A DNA stretch of 63,544 nt, filler included, from Octopus bimaculoides (taxonomy: Eukaryota): assembly GCF_001194135.2 (NCBI RefSeq). It is 6 parts of 5 records of this genome, joined end to end, with 100 filler letters (N's around TTAATTAATTAA, not from the genome) between each part and the next. Parts side by side here need not be neighbours in the genome. Positions count along the whole stretch, not along the records: positions 1 to 13,014 come from NC_068981.1; 5 more parts are not named here. One strand, written 5' to 3'. Below are positions 1 through 11,644 of this stretch, in pieces; position 1 is the first letter of the stretch; each line of letters starts with the position of its first letter. The notes beneath the pieces are model-generated. The model was given only the letters and a program-made list of their open reading frames with translations, was not told the origin of the DNA and did not search any database. Both the position numbers and the translations under genes were made by a program.

Positions 1-410
1 GGCTGTGTGTTAAGTAGCTTGCTTACCAACCACATGGTTCTGGGTTCAGTCCCACTGCGTGGCATCTTGGGCAAGTGTCTTCTACTATAGCCTCGGGCCG
101 ACCAAAGCCTTGTGAGTGGATTTGGTAGACGGAAACTGAAAGAAGCCCGTCGTATATTTGTATGTATATATATACATATGTATGTATGTGTGTGTATATG
201 TTTGTGTGTCTGTGTTTGTCCCCCCAGCATCGCTTGACAACCGATGGTGGTGTGTTTACGTTCCCGTAACTTAGCGGTTCGGCAAAAGAGACCGATAGAA
301 TAAGTACTAGGCTTCAAAGAATAAGTCCTCGACTAAAAAGGCGATGCTCTAGCATGGCCGCAGTCGAATGACTGAAACAAGTAAAAGACTAAAAGAGTAA
401 AGAATAAAGA
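1..410 (+). mobile_element. tRNA-derived SINE, family A (tRNA head + CORE-like segment + internal microsatellite + (TAAAAGAG)n tail), 5' end cut by window edge
   Basis: B-box GGTTCAGTCC, CORE-like GGCATCTTGGGCAAGTGTCTT, internal (TA)/(TG) tract, tail TAAAAGAG repeats; more than 10 similar copies in the window. Confidence 0.9.
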
Positions 411-416
411 GTATAA

Positions 417-478
<62 letters not shown>

Positions 479-899
479 GCACATATATAAAATGTACCAG
501 TGAATTGGATGTTTAACACACCCCTTTGATGGATTTCTTTTCCTCAGTTTGTTACTATATATATATATATAAATATATATATATATACATGGAATATATT
601 TATCTGTATGTTGTCATATGCATATAAATATGTACACGTATACAAAAATATGATATGCATTCTCATATATGTGTGTATACATCTAAGTATGTGTATAGGA
701 GTGTTAGTGTATGCGTGTCTATATACATTTATGCATATACACACACATAATTACATTATACATATATGCATAATAACCCATATTTGTCTTTACTTTTACT
801 GGTTTCAACTAGAAACCGTGGCCATGCCGAAGCTCCACCTTTAATGTTACTGGTTTTAATTTGGGATTCACTTCCCAGCCCTCTCCCAAATATTGTTTC

Positions 900-1205
900 T
901 TATGAGATTGAGAGTTAGCCAGAGTTGCTTTACTTTGTGTACCCTACAGCGATGTGGGTTCATCTGGTTTCTCAGAGAAAAATTCATCAATATATTCTTT
1001 GAACTCATCCACATCTACACCTCGTAGACCTCTGAGGTTGTTTGGAAGTGTGCTTGAAAAGTAGTGGGTTCTTGCAACCTAGGCTGTTACAGTACCGCAT
1101 CCTTATTCTAGATGGGGAGAGTGGGACCTTTGATACCATGAAATGGCTATTAATTCTGTGATAAGCATAGCTTTTCGTCCCAAAGTCGGGAGCAAGATCT
1201 TCCAA
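900..1205 (-). mobile_element. CR1/L2-like LINE ORF2 C-terminal fragment (degraded)
   Basis: Minus translation ...RMRYCNSLGCKNPLLFKH..NLRGLRGVDVDEFKEYIDEFFSEKPDEP, homologous to the clearer copy at 27325-27797. Confidence 0.65.
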
Positions 1206-1364
1206 GTTCTTCCAAGTTCTTCCACACACACACACACATACACACACATACACGCACATATAGATGCACGCACGTATGCACGCACATACACGCACTCATA
1301 CAAAAGTATTGTTTAAATCCATTTACATTATTTACATTTGACGGATATTTGTCCTCATCTTGTT

Positions 1365-1410
1365 AACACAACGTTTCAGTTGATATACCCTCCAGCCTTC
1401 ATCAGCTGTC
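1365..1410 (-). ncRNA. Minimal type-I hammerhead ribozyme motif (intact core, weakened helices I and II)
   Basis: GACAG-CUGAUGA-A-GGCUG-gaggguauau-CAACU-GAAAC-GUU-GUGUU; helix III is the palindromic AACGUU. Confidence 0.6.
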
Positions 1411-1441
1411 TTGGGTAAATTTCGAACCTGGGTTTCCCCAA

Positions 1442-1487
1442 GACATCTTATGAGGGCTGGAGAGTATATCAGCCGAAACATTGTGTT
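1442..1487 (+). ncRNA. Minimal hammerhead motif, degenerate core but perfect helix II
   Basis: GACAU-CUUAUGA-G-GGCUG-gagaguauau-CAGCC-GAAAC-AUU-GUGUU; G5>U and G16.2>A relative to consensus. Confidence 0.5.
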
Positions 1488-3479
1488 AACAACAAACAAG
1501 ATGAGGACAAATATCCGTCAAATGTAAATAATGTAAATAATGTACATAATTCCTCATCTCTTAAATATAGAACTGTATAAATCCATTTAGTTTACTTCAA
1601 CGGCGGCTGACATAGTGAATGACTGCCAGAATATCTAGATATAGGAGGTAACTTACGGTGAATATTCCATAATTTCTCCATTTGCAAATTGTTCCAGTTG
1701 TATTCGCAGTCACAAAGTCATAGGGCTAACTTCCTGATACGTCGTTGCTCTCTCTCTATCTCTCACACGCACGCACTCCCTACCCTTCTCTCTCTTTGTC
1801 TCTCTTATTAGATACCTCGCTTAAATGAACAAAGACAGTACTCTGCAGGTTCATGTGCGTCCGTTTACTATATATGTGGCATGTATGTAAGGATGAAAAA
1901 TGTACACACACATGCACACATGCACACACGCGCATATACGCATACACGCATATACGCACATACACACACACACACACACCGGAGCGTATGCACATATACA
2001 CATGTTCCTTATTATCTGTGAGTGTGTGTTCATCTGTGAGTGATCTGTATGATGTTCTTTTTCTTTCTCTTTAGCTATGTATGTGCCTGTAAGTAGATGT
2101 CTGTCTCTCCTTTCTCTCTCTCTCTCTTCTTTCTGACTCTCTCTCTCTCTCTCTCTCTTTCACCCTCTCTCTTATTGATGCCTTTCTGTGTAAAAAGTAT
2201 GTAAATATGTATGTTTGCATATTTGTATGTAAGAATGCATGCATACACGATTGTACGTAATTGTGTTTGTATGTAATTATGTATGTATGTATATATATGT
2301 GTGTTTATGTATGTGTAAATATATATATATACACACACATACATATATATATATATNNNNNNNNNNNNNNNNNNNNNNNNNNNNNNNNNNNNNNNNNNNN
2401 NNNNNNNNNNNNNNNNNNNNNNNNNNNNNNNNNNNNNNNNNNNNNNNNNNNNNNNNNNNNNNNNNNNNNNNNNNNNNNNNNNNNNNNNNNNNNNNNNNNN
2501 NNNNNNNNNNNNNNNNNNNNNNNNNNNNNNNNNNNNNNNNNNNNNNNNNNNNNNNNNNNNNNNNNNNNNNNNNNNNNNNNNNNNNNNNNNNNNNNNNNNN
2601 NNNNNNNNNNNNNNNNNNNNNNNNNNNNNNNNNNNNNNNNNNNNNNNNNNNNNNNNNNNNNNNNNNNNNNNNNNNNNNNNNNNNNNNNNNNNNNNNNNNN
2701 NNNNNNNNNNNNNNNNNNNNNNNNNNNNNNNNNNNNNNNNNNNNNNNNNNNNNNNNNNNNNNNNNNNNNNNNNNNNNNNNNNNNNNNNNNNNNNNNNNNN
2801 NNNNNNNNNNNNNNNNNNNNNNNNNNNNNNNNNNNNNNNNNNNNNNNNNNNNNNNNNNNNNNNNNNNNNNNNNNNNNNNNNNNNNNNNNNNNNNNNNNNN
2901 NNNNNNNNNNNNNNNNNNNNNNNNNNNNNNNNNNNNNNNNNNNNNNNNNNNNNNNNNNNNNNNNNNNNNNNNNNNNNNNNNNNNNNNNNNNNNNNNNNNN
3001 NNNNNNNNNNNNNNNNNNNNNNNNNNNNNNNNNNNNNNNNNNNNNNNNNNNNNNNNNNNNNNNNNNNNNNNNNNNNNNNNNNNNNNNNNNNNNNNNNNNN
3101 NNNNNNNNNNNNNNNNNNNNNNNNNNNNNNNNNNNNNNNNNNNNNNNNNNNNNNNNNNNNNNNNNNNNNNNNNNNNNNNNNNNNNNNNNNNNNNNNNNNN
3201 NNNNNNNNNNNNNNNNNNNNNNNNNNNNNNNNNNNNNNNNNNNNNNNNNNNNNNNNNNNNNNNNNNNNNNNNNNNNNNNNNNNNNNNNNNNNNNNNNNNN
3301 NNNNNNNNNNNNNNNNNNNNNNNNNNNNNNNNNNTAGCAGGACTGGTTAGTGGACGCTGTAGACAGTGTAGGTAGAAGATACCCATACACATATGTACAT
3401 ATATACATATGAATGTTTTTGTGTACGTATGCTTGTATCTCTCTCTCTGTCTGTCTCTCTCTCTCTGTCTGTCTCTCTC

Positions 3480-3534
<55 letters not shown>

Positions 3535-3704
3535 GTGTCTATCTATCTGTATGCCTGTCTGTAAATGTATATGTATACAAGTGTGTGTATACACGCACAC
3601 ACCCACACATATATATACACATAGACACATACGTAAATATACATATTTAGCTTGTGTGTGTTTGTGTGTGTGTGTGTGTAAATCTATTTATGTTTGCGCC
3701 TGTA

Positions 3705-4087
3705 TTTATCTTTTGTCTTTTTGCTTCACTCATTGAAATGAGGCCATGCTGGGGCACCGACGTGAAGGGCTTCGTCGAAGAAATCAACGCCCGTACATTC
3801 TGCTTTTCAGATTGGTCCTTATTCGAACGGGATTTTAGTACCGAAACGTTAAGGGACACAAGTTAACTAACGCCAACTGTTAATCTGTGGTGGGGGACAG
3901 GCATAGATATAAAGACACACATAGATATATAGATGTATATATGTCGTGGTTCTTTTAGTTTCCTTCAACCAAATCCACTCACAAAGTTTTGGTTGACCCG
4001 GTGCTACAATAGAAGACACTATCTCAAGGTGCCACGCAGTGGGACTGAACCCTGAGCCATGTACTTGGGAAGGAAACTTCTAACCAC

Positions 4088-4088
<1 letters not shown>
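3705..4088 (-). mobile_element. SINE family A, diverged copy
   Basis: Reverse-complement similarity to 1-410 (GGTGCCACGCAGTGGGACTGAACC, AAATCCACTCACAAAG). Confidence 0.8.
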
Positions 4089-4160
<72 letters not shown>

Positions 4161-4211
4161 CATACAAATGCATACATTTATATACTTACGTAGGTGCGTA
4201 TATGTATTGGT

Positions 4212-4420
4212 CAGTGGCGGCTCGTGTATAAGGCACTGCGGAACTGTAGCACCCCCTATTTCCACTCGATATTATCGATAACATTCAATATAATGAGTCC
4301 TTTTTTTTCATTAATTCTTTCTTTATACTTGTACATTATATAATCCTTAAGCTTAATGTCAGTAAGCCATCCCCTAGTTTATGAATAAAATACATAAATC
4401 TTTCACAGATCCAGGCTGTT
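4212..4420. mobile_element. Possible hAT-like MITE end
   Basis: Begins CAGTGGCGGCTCGTG, like the TIR at 43255; no partner TIR found. Confidence 0.3.
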
Positions 4421-4534
4421 GTGCGCATGCTCATATGTCCGAGCAATATATATATATATATGCAGAATATAAATGTTATATATACATATAAATAGATATA
4501 TAATATCAATGTTCTTCGAAACGCCTAGTTTAGA

Positions 4535-4800
4535 ATTGAGGCAGCTGATGAAGGAAAAATTTCATAAGTGGCTCGTCTGTTTTCCTATGTGTTCGTTCTG
4601 TTGTCTGTAAAAAAAGTTCGTTTTTGTGCTTTATGTTCCCGTTCATTTTTCTGACGTCCTATACCCGGATATGCATCTATATATACATGTAGATGTAGGT
4701 ATGTACATATATGTATGTATACATGCATATGTTCATATATCATTTGTATAATTATATTATCGAACGCGACGCGTCCATTTGCAAGTAAGTTTCAACTTTA
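4535..4800 (+). mobile_element. Penelope-like terminal-repeat family fragment
   Basis: CTGATGAAGGAAAAATTTC followed by a pyrimidine-rich body and tail CCTATACCCGGATATGCATCTATATATACATGTAGATGTAGGTATGTAC shared with 5900-6060 and 57700-57790. Confidence 0.45.
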
Positions 4801-5014
4801 TATATATATATATATNNNNNNNNNNNNNNNNNNNNNNNNNNNNNNNNNNNNNNNNNNNNNNNNNNNNNNNNNNNNNNNNNNNNNNNNNNNNNNNNNNNNN
4901 NNNNNNNNNNNNNNNNNNNNNNNNNNNNNNNNNNNNNNNNNNNNNNNNNNNNNNNNNNNNNNNNNNNNNNNNNNNNNNNNNNNNNATGCTGGTGCACCAC
5001 CGTGTATGTATGTA

Positions 5015-5640
5015 TGTATGTATATATGGGTACTGGACGTCACCAACTGTAAACGACATGAAATACGAAAAGGAATAAGTTAAATACGCAAATAACGAGA
5101 GAAAAAAAAAACGGACAAGTAATAAAAAGAATGACCCTTCACCAGTTGTCGTCTGTCTATCTACTCCCCATTTTGAGCAGTCAACGACAATATGAGTCTT
5201 CGAAGACAGTTGCTTCCATAAATACCAAAATAAAATTTTGGATTTATGGAGGGTGAAAATTAGGAACAAAAACAGGTGATGTCGAGACATAGAGGGAAAC
5301 CGAACGAAAGCAAGCATGGAGGGTCGTTAGACCTGAACGAGGGGAAAATAGTAAACGCTAAGGTCAAGACAAACTTACTTGGAAATGGATGCGTGGCATT
5401 CAATTAAACAACAGTATAAGAGAAAAGATAGAAGAGAGAGATATAGGAGACGTCCAGCCCTTAGATCGTCCGTGCAGGAAAGAAAGATGGTCACGTGAGG
5501 AGAAGAAAGATGGACGATGGTGTGAGCAACGGTAAGATTGGAATGTACTGCACGAGTGAAAATATATAGGGAAGAAGAATTGAAAATACAGAGGTGTTTT
5601 AAAGATATTTATTGACTTGATCGGTTTCACTTAAGAAAAG
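5015..5640 (-). mobile_element. Penelope-like terminal-repeat family fragment, inverted relative to 4535-4800
   Basis: Minus strand shares GACAACTGGTGAAGGG and GACGTCCAGTACCCATATATAC with 57590-57760; 5365-5400 matches 4755-4795 inverted. Confidence 0.45.
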
Positions 5641-6083
5641 AGAAAAGATTTTCAAAAGTGAAGTGCAAGGCTTTGTGTTGCCTTTGTAGTGTTAAAAATT
5701 AGTTAACATATATGTATTAAAATACAGTGATAGAGTCTTTGACAATGATAAGAAAATGTTAAGAAATAGAATCTTTGACAATGATAAGGAAATGTTAAGA
5801 GAGGCTATGTGCTTAAACACATATATATACATATATATATATATATGTATATATATGTGTTNNNNNNNNNNNNNNNNNNNNNNNNNNNNNNNNNNNNNNN
5901 NNNNNTGTTAGCGTTCTACATCAGATTTGCGTTTGGCCGTACGGCTTTTTAATGTTGTTTTCACTGTCCATTTTTTCCTGTCTTGGTTTGTGTTTGCCAC
6001 GTCTTGTACCCTGATATGCATCTATATGCACATGTAGATGTAAGTATGTACATATATGTGTGTATACATGCATATATATTCTT

Positions 6084-6156
<73 letters not shown>

Positions 6157-6411
6157 AAGATGATGATGAGGGAGACAGGACGATGATGTTGATGCTCTGC
6201 TGCTGCTGCTGATGATGATGCTCATGCTAAGAAAAATATGCGCCATAGTTGGTGTGAGAGTGAAATAGATCTCCCTATCTCCTTCGTACCCCCAACATCA
6301 GTGATCGCCCTGAAAAATGCGAAAAGCGAAAAAGAAAAAAAAAAAAAAGAAAATTCAGGGACTACAATATCAGAAGCAGGTGTATCTAAGTTAATATGGA
6401 TGAGTATATAA

Positions 6412-6605
6412 TGAGGTGAGCTGGCAGGGTCGTTAGCATGGTGAGTAACATGTTTAGCGACATTTTTCGTTCTTCTTTATGTTGTGAGTTCAAATTCCAC
6501 CGGAGCCGACTTTGCCCTTCATTCTCTCGGAAATCGATAAAATAAGTGCCACTTGAACATTTCTTTTCTCCGAAATAGCTGGCCTTGTGCCAAAATTTGA
6601 AACTA
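6412..6605 (+). mobile_element. tRNA-derived SINE family B (diverged)
   Basis: GAGCTGGCAG..CGTTAGCA head, B-box GAGTTCAAATTCC, GACTTTGCCCTTCATTC central domain. Confidence 0.8.
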
Positions 6606-6669
6606 ATATATATCTGTGTATATGTGCGTTGGTCTTTGTGCCTTTATTTTCTTTTTCTTTTTTTTCTTT

Positions 6670-7060
6670 CTTCTTTTACTTCTTTCAATCATTTGACTGC
6701 GGCCATGCTGGAGCACCGCCTTTAAAAGTCGAACGGATGGACCCCCAGGACTTATTCTTTATAAGCCTAGTACTTATTCTATCGGTCTCTTTTTTCCGAA
6801 CCGCTAGCTGACGGGGACATAAACACACCAACGTCGGTTGTCAAGCGACGATGGAGTGAGGGTGGGGGACAAACACAGGCACAAACATATACATATTTAT
6901 GTATATATACGACGGGCTTCTTTCAGTTTCTGTCTACCAAATCTACTCACAAGCTTTTGGTTGGCCCGAGTCTATAGTAGAAGACACTTGCCCAAGATGC
7001 CACGCAATGGGACTAAACCCAGAATCATGTGGTTAGGAAGCAAGCATCTTACCACACAGT
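6670..7060 (-). mobile_element. SINE family A
   Basis: Reverse-complement match to family A along its full length. Confidence 0.85.
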
Positions 7061-7243
7061 ATTTGCATATTTTTGAGTGTATATATAGCTGTGTCTGTAT
7101 GTATGTATATTTAGTTGTGTGTCTGTGTGTATATTTCTTCCACCCCAGCCTGTCTCTTTATTGTGGTAATGCCAGTATACGTCGCTCTTCTCCTCTCCTT
7201 ATTTCTCTGTTAGTGATATGTTCTTTGTGTATTATGCATGCGT

Positions 7244-7275
<32 letters not shown>

Positions 7276-7316
7276 TTGGCCATGTACTTCCCTCTTTCTC
7301 TCTGTCTCTCTCTGTC

Positions 7317-7358
<42 letters not shown>

Positions 7359-7362
7359 ATCT

Positions 7363-7428
<66 letters not shown>

Positions 7429-8084
7429 TGCATTCATGTCCTGATCCCTCTCTGAAAACTTCATTGTGTGTGTATAAAGTGTCCGTAGGTAAGTGTGTCT
7501 CTGTGTTAGTATGAATACATATGTGTTCGTATGTACATGTGTGAGTGTATGTATATATCTGTGTGTATACGACTGTGCCCATGTTTTACTCTCTCCAATC
7601 TCCTCTCTGTCCCAGTGTGTGTGTGTGTATGTGTGTGTGTGTGTTTGTGTGTGTGAGTGTTCTTGTACTTCCCCACCCTTCTCTCTAACCTTTTCTTTGT
7701 TAATGTCTGTGCGTTTGTTGTGTGTGAATGTCTTGTGTTGTACAGAATGCTGACCTTTATGAATAATTATCCCCATACGTGAGAGGGATAGTGGAAGCGT
7801 AAAAATGCTTAGACTTTTTTTTTTTAATTTCTCAAAAAATGTTAGGCGACCTGGTGTCCGTGTTTCGGCCTCTGATGTCACCCTTTCAGTTGTTCTTGTG
7901 CCAATAAGGAATTCAATATCACATCTCGTCCGGGCCAACTTCGCCTTTCATCCTTTCGGGGTCACAAAAAAAAAAAAAAAAAATGCATTACCAGAAAATA
8001 TTCTTTTCTATTATAGACACAAGGCCTGAAATTTGGGGGAGGGAGATAGCCGATTTAATCGACCCCAGTACTATAACCCAACAA

Positions 8085-8580
8085 AGCTGTTTTCTGGGTT
8101 ACTTCAAGTAGCAACTCTAATATTCTTGATGTGCTTTTCAGACCCCTTAGAGACTGCTCCCAAACGTTCCAGTTATTACCGGTGTCACAATCACTTTACT
8201 CATACCCCAAGACCTTCCTAACTCATCCCTCACTTGCTGGTATATCTCCATCTTTTCTAGTTCTTTATCATTCACCTTTGAATCACCTGTTATCACAAAA
8301 TATATGATCTTAACCTCTTTTACATCTTTATCGATGAGCACAATATCTGACCTCTCAACTCTGTGATCTGGTCACATTGTATGTTAATATCCCAGAAAAT
8401 TTTATGTTGTTCATTTTCAAATACCCACCTCTGTCTGATGCTCATGTCACCGCTCGGCTCTCTCAAGGGTTTACTTTATCCCACAAATGCCAACGTACGT
8501 AACCTGGCCATATTCTAACGTCTCCTCTTCATGTGGCTAATGGTTTTAGGAAACATTTTACATAATGGCAAGCCAATGCT
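8085..8580 (-). mobile_element. R4/Dong-clade non-LTR retrotransposon, restriction-like endonuclease region (degraded)
   Basis: Minus translation ..RSDIVLIDKDVKEVKIIYFVITGDSKVNDKELEKMEIYQQVRDELGRSWGMSKVIVTPVITGTFG, i.e. PD-(D/E)xK REL architecture. Confidence 0.7.
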
Positions 8581-8609
8581 TTTTTTTATCAATATAGTAA
8601 TGGATGCCA

Positions 8610-8704
<95 letters not shown>

Positions 8705-8705
<1 letters not shown>

Positions 8706-9260
8706 CGTTGAGTGAGAGAGCAGTTCATGCCATCAAAGTGACACTGGGATAAAATATACGAAGCCCATTATACCCATCATGACTACCCGTCTGATAAGGG
8801 TACACCAGGCACATGCATCACAACCATGTGTGCGCGAAATAGTGATCTCATATCAAGATAAACGGCGCATGACCTTGCAGGTGGGGCCCAGTTAGAATTT
8901 TCTTCAGGTCGAGTAGCCCATCCCGCTCAAAAGGTCCTTGAATAAATGCTGTTTCAGGATGTTGAACAAAGCACCCATGTTTCCGAAGGTGAATTATCTA
9001 AACCCCAAAGAATTCCTCTCAGCACATGGCTATGATGCTCCCACACTACTACTGCTCGTGATCAGAAATGCATATAACATCAGCCACTAAGGGACATGCT
9101 CAACTGGTTAAGGTCAAACAACTAACAAGTAAATCTATTGTATTAAGCAGAATATTTGCTGTAGCCCATCTTTTATACCAAGACAAAACAATGTACATGA
9201 TAACACTTCCAATCAGTTAAGATCAAAAGCCATGAGCCACTTCCTGGTACTGCGTCAGGA
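8705..9260 (-). mobile_element. ~560-bp non-coding interspersed repeat with (AAT)n 3' tail (family E)
   Basis: Highly similar to 11055-11622 in opposite orientation; abuts the (TTA)n tract at 8610-8706. Confidence 0.8.
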
Positions 9261-9284
9261 TCATCATCATCATCATCATCATCA

Positions 9285-10090
9285 TTATTATTATTCAGTA
9301 GTCTTATCTTTATTACGTGCTTTTACTGCACTACCGAGCACGTCTCTGTGTGCCTCGGGTATGTGCTGTGGTTTGTTGTGGTGCTCTTATTTTTATTGTA
9401 TTGAAAGTGTTTATGGAGGATGTGCGCGGTGCCTACTGGTGCTATTTTCTGTATGTTATATATATACATGTAAGTCCTAGTGTTTTTGTTACGTAGTTGT
9501 CTGAATGTTTTTTTTTATCATACCTAATGCGCCTACTATAATAGGAATTGTTCCTGTTTTTAGGCTCCACATTCGAGTTACCTCTATATCCAGATATTTG
9601 TATCTTGAAAGTGTCTCCGTTTCCTTTAGAGAATCATTGTCATCTGTTGGTATTGATACATCGATTATAAGGCATATTTTTTCTTGGTGATCTCTGACAA
9701 CTATACCCGGCCTATTGGCCTTAATTTCTCTGTGTGTATTGGCATATCCCAGAGTATGGTCGCTTTCTCATTTTCTGTGACCTTTTCTGGGGTATGGCTA
9801 TACCATCTTTTTTCTGTTATTCCATAGTGTTAGCACAGCTTCCAATGAATATATGTCCCAATTCTGTCGTGTCTGTCAATATATTCCTTCTTAGCCAGGA
9901 CTGGGCAACCAGAGACAATATGAATTGTTTCTTCTCCGTCACCACATATTCTGCAGTTACTTGTATTTCTTTTCATTACGTGTCTTTGGTGATTTCTGGT
10001 GAGAAGGCTTTGATCTTGTGCTGCAATTAAAAATCCTTCAAACTCTGCTTTGGGTCCTGAGCTTCTCAGCCAACAGCCATTGTTGGGATT
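9285..10090 (-). mobile_element. R4/Dong-clade non-LTR retrotransposon 3' end (CCHC knuckle + REL + 3'UTR)
   Basis: EGFLIAAQDQSL..CRICGDGEETIHIVSGCPVLAKKEYIDRHD..ILWDMPIH..ANRP.IVV..CLIIDVSIP..IPIIVGALG; ends in (AAT)n. Confidence 0.9.
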
Positions 10091-10119
10091 TTGCTTTGTC
10101 TATTTCTTTTCTGATAGTA

Positions 10120-10628
10120 TGGACTTCACAGAGCAAAAAAGTGGTACGAACATAAACCCGAACGCATCATCGAAAATGATAATGCAAACATCCTATGGGA
10201 TTTTGTGATTCAGTAAGACAATGAGATAGAGAATAGGAAACCAGACATAGTGTTAATTGAGAAAGAAAGCAAACGATGCTGGATCATAGATATAACATGC
10301 CCAGCTGACAACAAGATATGCGATAAGGAAGAAAGAAAAGTTGAGAGATATAACAGGTTAGCTTTGGTGGTTAAGCAGTTGTGGTCGATGAAAAAGGTAG
10401 TAGTAGTACCAATAATTATCTGAGCCCTGGGAACAGTGAGTAAAAATCTTGAGAAGTACATAGAACAAATAGGGGCTGCAATAAAGGTGGAGCACTTGCA
10501 GAAAACAGCACTGCTTTGAACTGTTCGAATACTCCGGATGGTGCTCAAAAGATAAGAGGTGTTACCTTAGTTCACTGATAGTGAACTGCTAACACAGTAG
10601 TACATTTCCGGCATTAGAAGCTGTGCAA

Positions 10629-10630
<2 letters not shown>
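10120..10630 (+). mobile_element. R4/Dong-clade REL endonuclease 3' fragment (second subfamily)
   Basis: KPERIIENDNANILWDFVIQ*DNEIENRKPDIVLIEKESKRCWIIDITCP..KVVVVPIII*ALG..LQKTALL; followed by (TAC)n(TAA)n. Confidence 0.9.
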
Positions 10631-10705
<75 letters not shown>

Positions 10706-10714
10706 ATAATAATA

Positions 10715-10930
10715 ATCCTTTCTACTGGAAGCACAAAGCCTCAAATTTGGGGGAAGGGGTGAGACGATTACATCGACCTCCAGTGTTCAACTGGTACATA
10801 TTTTATCGACCCCGAAAGAATGAAAGGTAAAGTCGCCCTCGGCGGAATTTGAAACAAAACGTAACAGCGGGCAAAGTATTGCTAAGCATTTCGTCCAGCA
10901 CACTAATGATTCTGCCAGCTCGCTGCCTTA
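10715..10930 (-). mobile_element. SINE family B
   Basis: ATCGACCCCGAAAGAATGAAAGGTAAAGTCG..GGAATTTGAA; ends CCAGCTCGCTGCCTTAA. Confidence 0.85.
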
Positions 10931-10940
10931 AACAACAACA

Positions 10941-10973
<33 letters not shown>

Positions 10974-10998
10974 GCAGCAGCAACATCAACAACTACTG

Positions 10999-11054
<56 letters not shown>

Positions 11055-11622
11055 GCCTGGATGCAGTAGATGCCCGGATGCAGTACCAGCTCTCGTGGCT
11101 TCTGATCTTAATTGACTGAAAGTGTTATCATGTACATTGTTTTGTCTTGGTATAAAAAAGATGGGCTACAGCAAATATTCTGCTTAATACCAGAGATTTG
11201 CTTGTTAGTTGTTTGACCTTAACCAGTTGAGCATGTCCCTTGGTGGCTGACAATATGTGCATCTCTGATCACAAGCAGAAGTAGTGGGGGAGCATCACAG
11301 CCATGTATTGAGAGGAGTTCTTTGGGGTTTGAAAAATTCACCTTCGGAAACATGGGTGTTTTGCTCAACATCCTTAAACAAACCTTATTCAGGGACCGTT
11401 TGAGCGAGATGGGCTACTCGACCTGAAGAAAATTCTAACTGGGCCCCACCTGCGAGGTCATGCGCTGTTTATCTTGATATGAGATCACCATGTCGCTTAC
11501 ATATGGTTGTGATGCATGTGCCTGGTGTACCCTTATCAGACGGGTAGTCATGATGGGTATACTGGGCTTCGTATATTTTACCCCAGTGTCACTTTGATGG
11601 CATGCACTGCTCTCTCACTCAA
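11055..11622 (+). mobile_element. Family E ~560-bp repeat with (AAT)n tail
   Basis: Inverted copy of 8705-9260. Confidence 0.8.
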
Positions 11623-11644
11623 TAATAATAATAATAATTATAAT

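Larger units (their letters stand above)
1321..1538. mobile_element. Inverted (head-to-head) duplicate of a Penelope-like terminal repeat carrying minimal hammerhead motifs
   Basis: 1321-1415 is the reverse complement of about 1436-1538; each arm has CTGATGA/CTTATGA-stem-GAAAC(G/A)TT. Confidence 0.7.

Noticed and set aside
544-844. Numerous CVCV/HTHT/YIYI/LSLS/poly-L/poly-R ORFs across the window
   Set aside because: Products of (TG)n, (TA)n, (TC)n, (TTA)n and (TTC)n repeats; no coding signal
1652-1730. Minus-strand donor-like ACC|GTAAGT with short frame PYDFVTANTTGTICKWRNYGIFT
   Set aside because: No pyrimidine-rich acceptor upstream and no recognisable protein similarity
2239-3408. Long ORFs in the track spanning N-runs (also 14192-15229, 44645-46971, 49359-51275, 57783-58751)
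   Set aside because: Open only because N codons translate as X; flanks are microsatellite translations
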